Source of the DNA: Amphiscolops sp. MND2022
Taxonomy: Eukaryota
Length of the DNA stretch: 64,000 nucleotides
Assembly (NCBI GenBank): GCA_964187785.1
Contig: OZ076409.1
Span: 124,001-188,000 of the forward strand
Direction of reading: 5' to 3'
Shown piece after piece: positions 51,001 through 63,000 of the stretch; position 1 is the stretch's first letter; the number at the start of each line of letters is the position of its first letter. Position numbers and translations under genes: made by a program. The notes under the pieces are model-generated. The model was given only the letters and a program-made list of their open reading frames with translations. It had not been told where the DNA came from and ran no database searches.

Positions 51001-54000
51001 AACGGTATTTTAACCCGGAAAGGTTGAATTTTTGGGATCCATCCAAAAATCTGGTGCTTAAACTTCAAACCGCAATATCTCCCAAAGTATTCAATTTTTA
51101 GCGCGTTCGAAAGAAGATAATCAGGGCTTTGATTTTGATTTTTTAACTGCTGAGCTAGCGGGTCCCTTGCGTGCAACGTTTTTTGCGCGAGGTTTTTTGG
51201 GCTTCGCCGCACTGGCTCCGGACTTGCATGCCCGTGACTGCATTTCAGCATGTTCATTAGAGTGCATAGACAAGTTAAATTTGCTCAAAGCACAATTTTG
51301 TGCTTTCAGTACCTCGGATTCCACGATCATACCTTTAACCGTGCAAAATTGGCAAATTACGTCATAAGTTCTGGATTCCACAGATTTTGTCGTGGATTCC
51401 AGTAACAAATGCTTAACTTTACGCACTGTCAGCATGCCGCTTTGTCCCGGATTCCACAAAAACGTAAGTTTTGCAAAACGAACCAATCAGATTGCAGAAA
51501 TCATAAATTTCCTGGATTCCACGACTTTATGCTTGACGCGATACGCGGCATCTCTTCTTGAATTAAATTCAAGTGGAAGACTGAACAAACGTATTGAAAG
51601 TTTCAAAACATGCTAGAGTCTCTTTAAACCAATATTGTCCCCAGTGGGATAAAGAGGCTACACAAGAAAACAGGAAAAACGGAAGTTTTGCGCTGAATTT
51701 TTTTTGATTTTGGAGACATGCAGTCAATATTCTGTGAATAGGCGTGCAATGCTATGTAATATCGTCTGAAAATCTTATTCGAGAGTTTTCTTTACCATAC
51801 AGCCACCATATAGCCAGCTGGTTCGTTCAGAAGCTTGCAGATCTTAAGTAAGGTAATTAGGGTAATTAGATAATTCTCCCGAAGACTCCGCCGATTCCGG
51901 GAATCGAACCTAAGACGTCATGGTTCCGAGCCTCAGACTTTTCCACTCAGCTATACCGCCTTAACAGTTGCTTGTTTTAACTCAATCACATTGCTACGCA
52001 CCACTGACTGCGTGTTTGCATGTGTCTGGCAGAGAAGCTGGGCAGGTCGCAGAGACAGCTGCTGATGAATGTGGGCGAGGACGCGAGACAGAGGAGCGAG
52101 CTGGCCTCCCAGCTGGACCGACAGCTGGCATTCGTCGACTACGGCAAGGGCCACAGGACTGGCTCCGAGTTCTGGTCACAGCCAGAGTGGGTGGGGGGCA
52201 CTCACTCCCACTCCCACACCCAAGACTCCTCTGCTCCCATCCAGTGAGTATGACGTCATCACACCTCGCAGGCCACAAGTGAGAGCGGCTCTTTTCTTGA
52301 AACATCTTGTGACAAATGGAAAACTATCACAGCGCCACTGCGCCCGTTGTTTCCGATTTAAATCCATCTAATGTCGAGGGACTGCCAAAAATTGGTGGCT
52401 TCCCACGAAACAGAGTTTTCACTAAGCCGAAAATACGAAAGTATTCACTGAGACGAAAAATACGTGGCACTGTATAATTGTCTGCAATCTGATTGGCTGA
52501 CGGGTCGAATCGGAACGAAGTCCTTTCAAAGATTTTTTAAAATGAATTTTTCAATTTGCCCTAGTCAGCTATGTCCACATACTCCTAGTTCCCTAAATGC
52601 AGGAGCGAACTTCCGCTTGAACCGGAGCGACGTGCCAAATGGCCATGCCTCAATGTTACTACTTGTTACTACAATGTTACTACAATGATACTACAACTAT
52701 GCTAAGTATTTTTGACTTAGTGAATATTTTCATTTTTTCGTCTTAGTGAATACTCTTGTTTTTTTTCGGCTTAGTGAATATTCTGCTTCGTGACACCCCA
52801 CCCAAAAATTGAGCTGTCAAACTTTTGAAATCATAATAGCAGATGCGACTCTTTGAATTTTGTCATTCTGATCTAAACGGCCCTCTCTTAGAAGAAGGGA
52901 AATATGTTTACAACCGTATTTATTCAAACAAAAATTGCGGCTTTTTTGTTGACTGCTCCCAAAGAGTTCCTTTTACCTGAAGGCGGTATCTATTTGAGGA
53001 CGACTTTCTTTTTCAAAGTTCGGTAACCCCGAGAAACAAATGATCGAATTTGAAGCATCTTTCAATCGCTCTGACGTTCAATCTTTCATCCCAATTGAAT
53101 TGGCAGAAAACAGCGACGTGGCTTGCCTTTCAAATTTTGCATCATAATTGGCGGTTTAAAATGTTTTTATTTGAGAGAAAATCGATTTTGTGGAACATGC
53201 GAGAATTCTCCTTCGAGAAGGGCTCCTTCTTTTCTAAGTGAAAGAGAAATGCTTAGACTTGTATGTGAATAGATGCGTTAGTTGATGATGAGACTGAGAT
53301 GGATGGTATAGATAGAGTACATGTAGATGCGTGTATGCATGTAGTTGTGCTCCTCCAGGTTCACTCTCTCATCCTCTCAGAAGGGCTACCCGCCTGTGTA
53401 CGAGCACTCGGGGCTGCCACTCCACATCCAGAAGGAGAAGGGTTAGCCACACACACTCACACGCCACACTACACTCGCTTCTCTTACCCTAACACCCCAA
53501 ACCCCCCTTTCAATACCCCCCTCCCCTTTGATTAGGACCACCCGTGCTAATTGTAAGTGACCTCGATGCGTGACGTCACATCACAATGTGTAAGCAAAGT
53601 AAATCGACAGACCTCTGCGTATGTCTCGAATGATCCAGTCAGGTCCTTCCTGCAAATGGGACAATAGAGTGCATGTACCTTAAATTATGAGATAGGATGA
53701 CCGAAAATGTCTTCAAATATCGCCTGTCTTGTGTCTGCTGGCGCATTTTCTGAGAAACTGAACCCGACTGTTACTGTGACTGTGTTACTTTTCTCCTCGC
53801 CACAGAATGTATCTGGATGGCATATTTTCAGTCACTGCTTTCGTAACAAGCCGGGAACGGCCCAAGTCGGCGCCCCCATTAAGGTTCAAAAAGACCAAAG
53901 TGTATTAAATATGCGAAGAGACACTATTGTGAAAACTTTCATCAATTTACCAAGGCAAAATACCCAAAAGCATACCCAAGAAACTGGAAAACCGCTTTTA

Positions 54001-57000
54001 CCCTGCCTCGAAACAGCAAAAAACGTAATTTTGAAATATATATATATTAGTGGCTGGAGAGCAGACGTTCGTGAGTTCGAATCCCGGGTTGAACATTTAC
54101 TCGAAAGTTAACAAAACCAACGTACCCTCTTCACTTTTTGAAAAGTTTTCGGTGTGGAAGAATCGTAGGTACCCCTTGGCCTATTTTTCAGAACTGTATT
54201 GTTAATTGACATTTTCACAATTGTCCCTTCGCATATCTAAAACAGTCTGCTCTGTTTGAACTTTGAGCTAGGCCTCGACTTGGGCCGTTCCCGACATGTT
54301 CACTTTGTTTCAGTGTATCCAAAAATCCAAATGCCCCTTTGATTGTCTCTCATTTTTACTTGGATTACTGAGCTATATGAGATGGAAGGGCTGCCTTGGG
54401 TTTTGAAATTTTCAACGAAACCGCACCGGAGCATATTTGCCTGACGGACGTTTCGCTTTTTGAGCGTTTCGCGGGGAGACGTTTCCCGTCTTGTTACGAC
54501 ATGAACAATATGGTTTTTGACATCAGAAAAGAGAAGAAGGGAGATGGTTGGACTTGTTGTGGTTCCAGGTTACGTGCACATCCCCCCTGGAAGAAGAGGC
54601 TGGCAGAACAGCGAGTTTCTGCAGCAGAGGATGCAGCAGCTGCAAAGCATCATCGCCGAGGTTGACCCCAAAAGACCCACGCAAGAGGTAAGTTGAGCAG
54701 GTCGTTTGCGTTTGACTTGAACACCGCCGTTATACATATTTCGACTTGAACAAATAAAATATATTATTTTTAATGTTGAATAATTCTTTAGAAGAAATGC
54801 TTTGCATAGCTAGCATTGCAATGTTTACACAATTTGTCCAATGAGATTTTTGCAAATTCTGTTGGAATTATCGACGTAATGTAATAACGAATACATGCCT
54901 ATTTGTCAACAAACGTTTATGGAACATCAAAACCGTTGATAAGGTTGTTGCTAAAATTGGATAAATATATTTTTTCCAATGAAAATACCTATTTATGAGT
55001 GATATTCATAAAAGTATTTTTCTTGCAAACATATATTCAAATATATTTTGTTTACATTGCTGACTGCGAGTATGTGTGTGTTGAGGACTTCAATGAACTC
55101 ATGGTTCGCGGCTTCAATTCGCACAGCCTGCCCCCCAAGCCCCCAGTGGCAGAAAGGTTGAAGACCTCTAGTCACGTGCAGCTGGTGACGCTGGACAGTC
55201 CCCGCACTGAGAACCTGCCCGACGAGTTCTACCAAGAGCTCCTCCTCGTCGACAGGTAAGTCAGGCAGTGACGTCACACCACTATCACTACTGCCCAGCC
55301 CAGCCCAATCATACACAACAATACACATACGCTAGACAGAGTGGAAAGGGTTTGGCGGCAGTCAGGGTTGGCACAAATGAAAAAAAAACATTTTTAAACA
55401 CACGTTTTAAAATAAAACTTGTTTAATTCACGAAAAAAAAACATATTTTGCCCAACCCTGGCGGCAATTTGGGTGTTTGATCCATAGTTAGATTTCAAAT
55501 CATTTGTTGACTGGTATTTGTTTCGGCTCTTTTTGTAGGATTGTGTTCGTATTAAGTGTTTATTGATGACTCAAAACAGGAAGCTATTGATTTCTTCATC
55601 AAAAATGCGTAACTACATAGGGAAAAAGTGTGAACAAAGTTGGTATCTAAATCCTAAACTATCACCCTGAGAATAAATTTGAAGCTGAAGCTTTCTGGCT
55701 TGTATTCAAGTCTATTTGTTATAAGGTTTACACTAATTTTCCAAAAAAAATTGGTGGTGGGGGGGCAGAAAAGAGCCTTTGTTTCTAGCAATCAAGCTGT
55801 GACCTTTTCTGCGGGGGGAGAGGACGAGAGCCAATCGGGGGCAGCACCCAAGTGCACACACACGCAGCAGCACAGCGGGGGCTGTGTGAGTGGGCCGGCG
55901 CTGCGGGTGGGCGGTGTGAGTGCGGAGTGGGAGGGCGACGACACCAGCAGACTGGGCGAGATAGGCGCCAGTTGTCGGGTCATCCTGCAGGGCAGCCAGG
56001 GCAGCCAGTTGACCTCCTGGCTCGAACTAGTCAACTACGGCTCCACCGTCATCCGCTTCAACTGGACTGTGAGTGCCACTGCCACTGCATTTCTCACAAA
56101 TCAATCCCTGTCTCTAGGCCACGCCACGTATACTACACTACGTATTGTGGTGTCTTCTCAACAAAAACTCCCGGCCACCCTTTTTCTCATCGTTCTCTCA
56201 AAGCGTGCACACACTATACTAACAAGACGGGAACGTCTCAAGTCGGCGCCCCTCTAAAGGCCCAAAAAGCGAGAGCAGTCTTTCAAATATGCTAAAAGCC
56301 TATTTTATGAAAGTTCTGAAAGATCTCTATGTCGAAAAAATGGGCTCAAACAGGGGACTTTCTCTAATTTCAAAAAACTGCGTTGTACCCTTTCGTGAAA
56401 TGAAAACAATTTCGAAATATTGAGTGTTGTACCGGGAAAATCCGAAAAGGGGTCCATTTGGTCTCATATAATTTTGTAGATCATATAAAAATGTGGAAAA
56501 CTCAAGGGAAGGACCACCCTTTTGGTATCTTTCAGTTCTTTTAAAGTTGTAAAAAATGAATATTTCAAGGTGAAAGTTGTCATCTGGCATAAAAACGTGC
56601 AACTGTAAGACTCGGGCAATGTTTTTATTTATTAACCCTAGTCGAACTTCCATACATTTTCTGCAAGAATCTGTCAGATTTTACTTTCAAGATCTTGGAA
56701 GACGATGCATTATTCTTGCAGGTATCTTGGAAGAAAATGTCTGGTCTTGCAAGATCTTGCAAGAAATGTGTGAATCTTGGAAGTAACTTGGAAGAAAATG
56801 CTTATATCTTGAAAGTAAATTGAAAAAAGAGTTTGAAAATTTTCAATTGAAAGATTTTTACAGCATCAGCAAAATAAATATAGATGAAGATAAACATAAA
56901 TATGTACACATATTCAGAGATGAGTTCGTTCGATATATGTGATTCTGGAGGTAGTCTGCTGCTTTCGTCTTCATGAGAATAAGACTACCTTCTGGGCTGC

Positions 57001-60000
57001 ACCTATTATATAGCAGTAGCAGAAATTGTTTACACCTGTATATTTTCTTGATGCACTGACATATGTTTCATATTACTGTACATGTGCACTTGAGTAGATC
57101 CTTCATGAAAATCCTCGCAAATCAGGGCACGGCTCAAACGGCTGTCGTAGGTCACCATCGTGGCAAATGTACAGCTCCAAAAACCGGTAGTTCTAAAATA
57201 AACAAATCATATTCCAGCAACTTCAGTCACATTTAAGTCCGCGCGACTCCATATGCGAGACATGTACATTCATTTTGAACATATTCTTGATTAAAATTGA
57301 AAAACAATCTTGACGTTTTCCGTACATTCCAGACATTTTGCAGAATATCTTTCAATTTTCACACATTGTCTTGCACGATCCGTCCAAGAATCTAGCAAGA
57401 AATGTCTTGACCTGCAAGAATCTTGCAAGAAACATCTGAATCTGCAAGAAATGTCTGATCTGCCAGAATCTGACAGGTTTGTCTGAAATGAAATGTGAGA
57501 TTCTTGCAGATAGTACCTGATATGTACCACTTCTGCAAGATTCTTGCAAGAAATGTATGGGAGTTCGACTAGGGAAGAAGGACTAAAAAAGGCTCCGTCC
57601 GTTCCAATTTTCAGCCTACGTAGAATTACTCCAAAAACGCGCCATCCACTTCGAGAAATCAACACCGTGCAAAATTGTGCGAGACTATTCTAAGTGGCAG
57701 ATTGGAACTCGTGAGTCTCGATTATTATTACTCCATTACCCTAGTGACTGGGAACGCATTTTTGGGTCCGTTGGCCGTCGTTAGTCTGTGTAAACAAGCA
57801 CTGTCTAAAAAGAATAACAAGTTTAGACCGAATTGCTTCAGAAGGAGTCTGTCTGACAGTGAGCTAACATTCACTGAGCCAAAACATGGAAAAATTTAAT
57901 GGAAAATTGAGCTCATTTTGCCACAAGTTATGCGAACCATTTTTGAAATTTTTGTCGAAGTTCCTGAAATTGGTGGAAACAAGAGCGGGTTTATCAAGAG
58001 TGTTTTTCCGCGGAATTTGTCTGTCATCTGCAAATTACGGACAATATTTGTAGAAAAGAAAATGACCTAAAATTGATGCCGAGAAGCGATAAAATGGAAG
58101 AAGTCTGAGCAGTAAAACTACAAGTGTTTGGAGTTAATGTCTTAGTGTAATCTGTTGTTCGCATTGGCGTAGACACCTGGCATAACTTCGGTATCAGTAT
58201 TTGTCAGGAGGGGGGATTCTCATTCAATATTTTGAGACAGTTCGCTGGGGATCTCAATTTGAGGGAAGGAGTCTGTGCATCCAACATGCTTTTACATTGT
58301 TATACGATATCAGATACGATTATTAGGGGTCGATCATTTTGACCGTCAGCAGTTACGCGAGATCCACCCAAACACCATCCCCACATGAAATAGGGGCATT
58401 CGAGTAACTTCACAAAATGAAGGCAGCAATTGTGAAACTAAAGGAATAATTGTGACGTTAAATCTTGAAGATGGCTGTTTTTGCGAGGCAGGAATCAATG
58501 CGCATAGTTTGGAACAGTATGGGCTAAATTCTTTTTCCAGGTGTCCGTTCATTCCAACCCACTTTCATTTCACACCATATTGTAATTATACAAAAGCGTC
58601 TCACCTTAATTAACAAAATAACGATTATATTTTGATGCCTACTGTCTTAGAGTTAGCTTTGACTTGATTGTGTTTCTTGCCTGTAGGAAACATTTTGCCG
58701 TAGGAAAACGGAGTAGGACATTTTTTTGCTGAAGATTCGCAGTATCCATTATTGAAGATTTTGATTGATAGAAAAAAATTTCAGCGCTTTGTTCCAAAGT
58801 ATTACAATTCCGATAAGTGAAACTTTCCGGTTCCTATTTTGTGGTTCACAGCAACCATCGTTTGCGTATCTAACTGGTAATTAGATTCAAGACGCTTTTC
58901 TTTTAGCATTAAGATTGAAATTGTGTTGTACAAGAATGGTTGATTTATATAATTGATTGAAATCATGATTTAAATCATGATTTTTACAAACTTAAAATCA
59001 GAAAATTGATTTTTTTTATTTTTTTTCATGTAGGCATGACTCCCGGTCTGCCGATGTTTGGGAGAAATTTGAAAGATCGAAGAACCGGCAAAGCTGTCAA
59101 AGTTTTGAATAAATCAAAGTTTGAAGAGCTTTCAAATGAAATTAATTCATCTTTTTAATCAATATTGTTTTCCCAGAAAAAAATCAAAAAATCATTAAAA
59201 TAAAAAAACCATAAATTTAAAACAAGCCGGGAACGGCCCAAGTCGGTGCCATATCCAAGGCTTAAAAATAGCAAAAGGACTTCAAAATTTCCAAGTATTG
59301 GTGAATTGGGACTACTTTTATGAAAATTTTTTTTGAAGTCTCACAATGCCGAAAAAACTGAAAGGCAGGACCCTTTTGGATTTTTCAACATCCATTCTCT
59401 TGCAAAACTCCAAAAAATTGAAGGGGGCCTTTCGTGGGGGAAAAGTTTTTTTTGAAAAAAGTCGCACAGTGCCGAAAAAATGGACCCTTTGGTCTCGTCC
59501 GGTATTGTATGTTACGCGGGAAACCTTTCTGGTTCAGTTCCTTGGGCCAACGGGTACATTTTGGCGTCTTCTGAAAATTTTGTAGAACTTTTGGTAGAAC
59601 TATTTTGGTCAGTTCAGGTGGTCTTAAAAAACACTGACGAAAAGCCATGACTATAGTCGACTCTTTTCTAAAGAAAAGCGCCGACTAAAAATTGGTTTTG
59701 ATTGTTTTTTTTTATATAAAAAATCGGATTTTAATCCATTCTTGGTGTGGTAATAGTCATTAATCTGAGACGGTGCACAGACAAAAGGGCCACAGACAAA
59801 AGGCCAAAAAAAAACAGACAAAAGGGCCAAAAACCAAATTATATTTTGATTGTTTTTCAATGAAAAAATTGTTTTTTCAATGTAATAAAACGGAACTGGA
59901 ACTTGATATATTTGAAGACGTTAGCATATTTGTTGTATGGCTCGGTCGCTTCGCTCCCTTCGCCAAGAAGCAACATTGAGGCATGGCCATATGGCACGTC

Positions 60001-63000
60001 GCTCCGCTTCGCTTCGCTCCTGCATTAAGGACCCTAGGGGTATGTGAACATAGCTGACTACGTTATAATAATTGAGCTTTTAATTAAAATTATTTTGGCC
60101 CTTTTGTCTGGAAGCGTTTTTGTCTGGACACGATCTGAGACGCATTTGATAATTTGAATGTGGGGTGAAATGATGCTAAACTGTCCTCCCTCTTTGCAAA
60201 TGCAAATGTGTTGTGTTGTGTTGTGTTTGCAGAGAGAGAAGCGGTACAACCCGTTCGACGTGGCCAAGCCGGTGCTGGAGCAGCGCTTCTACTTCAACCA
60301 GGGTCCCAGCGTGATCCTGCCCAGACAGCGGCTGCTGTTCCCCTTCGTGTTCAAGAGCGACCTCGCCGGCATCTTCTCCGAGCACTGGCAACTCAACACC
60401 ACCCCCAAGCTGTGTGGCGGCGCCAAACTCGTCGTCTCCCTGCGCGGCATCGCCCTCAAGGTCGACAAGTACCTGCCCGTGAGACAACACATCAATGTTA
60501 GCATCGCGATGCTACCACCATTGCTACCGTCCCTCCCCCCCCCCCTCTTCTCTCTTCTATTCCATTCCAGGCAGGGGGGGTGGCACTGTAGAAACCCCTG
60601 TAGACTGCGGTGGCCTACTCTTTCTAACGGATTGCGGACGTTTCGGGGAAAAAATATGCTGAAACGTCTCAGGTTAAAATCATTTGCCGAAACGTTCCGT
60701 ATGATATGTGGGGCATATCCAGTGTATGCACGCTCGCCCTCACCGTCGCAAAGACCAGCTCCCACTACGATCGCTTCGTGATCTCCGTTCCCGCTAGGTC
60801 TTTGCTCCTGTTCGACCTCGCTTAGCAAGATGGGAATTACGCGGGGCACTAGAGGAAATGGGGACATATCGGAGGCACGTTTTATGCCTTGCATCATTCC
60901 TACCCGTACTGAGGTCCCATGCGATCCCATGCATGGTCCATGCTAATCCCATGCATGGCCATGTCACTTTTAAGCATGGAATTGCATGGACCATGCATAG
61001 TTTTGAGGGGAAAAGCAATCGCAAAAACGCCCGAAAATGACTTCTAGAAAGGCAATGAAACACCTGGTTTAATTAAAAACTTATCTATGGCCTTTTGTGA
61101 GATGAAAAAAATTCAGCAAAAATATTCAATTCAAAAACAATGTTAGAAATGTGCCTTCAGAGATTGGGTAAAAAGCATATTGGGGGAAAGCCACAGGACC
61201 TAAAATTAGGAACTTGACGAAACTTCTTATAAACAATCCTCATAAAATGTAGAACAATTGTGGAAAGTTTACTAGCGTGAACATTCATTATTCAAGGATC
61301 TGAAAAAAACATCTCATAAGACCCAAAAAACTGTCAAAGGGATTAATGTCGAAGGAATAACGTCTAAATTCAATGTATTAAGATTGTGAATAGGCATGAC
61401 TGGCGGTAGACGTTATTCCCGTTTAGCATTTAGACGTTATTCCTTAGACGTTATTCCCGCTCGCCGAAAATGATGACAACCAAAAATGATAAAATTCAAA
61501 ATGGCCGCGTCCATCAATTTCGAACTTTTCAAAGTTAGAATTTTTTTTCAAATGGAAGTTTTTCTTTGACGCAATTTCCAGTTTCCAAAAAAATGAATTC
61601 AACACTTTTTTTCGCGATTTGAAGTTTTCCAATTTTCACGAATAGTCCCATGCATGGCCATGCATGGGATGTGACTTTTTACATGGACCATGCACGGGAT
61701 CGCATGGGACCTCAGTACGGGTCTTTCTACAAACTGGTTAGGTCCACCTTTGTCACAATACCAGTTTGTATTCTACAACACAGTTTGTAGAATTCTGGAA
61801 TTGAAGAAAAACGATAAGACCATTAATGTATATATACATTAATGGTCTTATCGTTTTTCTTCAATTCCAGAATTCTACAAACTGTGTTGTAGAATACAAA
61901 CTGGTATTGTGACAAAGGTGGACCTAACCAGTTTGTAGAAAACCAAAAAACAAAACCAAGATAATACGGGACGTTTCGGCATGAAAAATTTGCCGAAACG
62001 TCCTGTTCCCTTTCTAACCGAATGCTTGTCAGTAGTTTGTTTATATATGTGCATTACAAACCGCCGGGGGGGGGGGCGTTGAAATTTTGCAAAATTTTGG
62101 CAAGTCCCGGATTCGACTGGTGAACTTCAGGGAAATGGAAGTCAGGGTACAAATGTGATGAAACGTATCATTGGCATGAGAAACCCAAAAAACTGCCGAA
62201 AATATGAACACACCCCCCCTCCCCACACTCTACATGTTAAAAAATTGAAAAATTAATTTTTTTCCAAAAAAAACAGAAATGGTGGGGAACATTCCAAAAT
62301 TTCAACTACTCTTGTCCTCTTCTGCTCGTTCGAATCCAGGGCAAGAGACGTTTCAAAGTGTGGCTTTTCGACCGATGATTAGTAAGACTGCTGGCACTGT
62401 TGCGCATGTTGGGTGATATGGAACAATCTCGATTGCGATTTGATTAGCCATGAAATTATTTAAGTAAAGTAGTAGGAATACTAGTAGCATTGCCGTGTGA
62501 ACAATCAGATTAATATGGATTCGGTCACAGTGAATTAAGCCCGCCGAAAAGTGTGAAGTATTTGGGAAGTCCGAATTGGCGAATTGCTGAGGTGAAGTGA
62601 TCGTATTGAATGCAAAACAAATCCCACAAAAATAACGGTTTTTTGTTTTGTGTCATGCAAACAATCTTAATGTTGTCTTAAAATCCTAGTTCCATAGCTT
62701 TGGGTATCTTGACCCTAACCCAAGTTTTGCTGAGCATTGGCATTTTAGGAACGCTTAAGCCAATCAAAGTTGGTTTTAGTCTAGTTGGCCGAAAAATTAT
62801 TGGCCTTATCCGAATTTTGATGTTACTTAAACATTTACTGATTTTCATAAAGACTTATATGGCCGTTTGGCCTAGCGGTTAACGCATATTTTCACACCTG
62901 GTGTCGGTCTGAAAAGCAGGAGTACGTGGGTTCGGGCCCCTAGAGTTTTTCGGCACTATACGACTTATCGAGACATTTTTTAAATCAAATTTTTGAGAAA

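Larger units (their letters stand above)
60629..62009. mobile_element. Mutator-type composite MITE with 9-bp TSD CTTTCTAAC, containing the ~195-bp core (rc), a nested CCC..GGG element and a perfect palindrome
   Basis: TSD at 60620-60628 and 62010-62018. Ends GGATTGCGGACGTTTCGG / CCGAAACGTCCTGTTCC. Confidence 0.7.

Noticed and set aside
51885..51960. Functional tRNA gene
   Set aside because: A and B boxes are present but no clean acceptor or anticodon stems, so it was treated as SINE-like or pseudogene.
60289..60930. 213-aa minus-strand ORF
   Set aside because: Antisense read-through of GC-rich exon 11 plus adjacent repeat sequence, not an independent gene.
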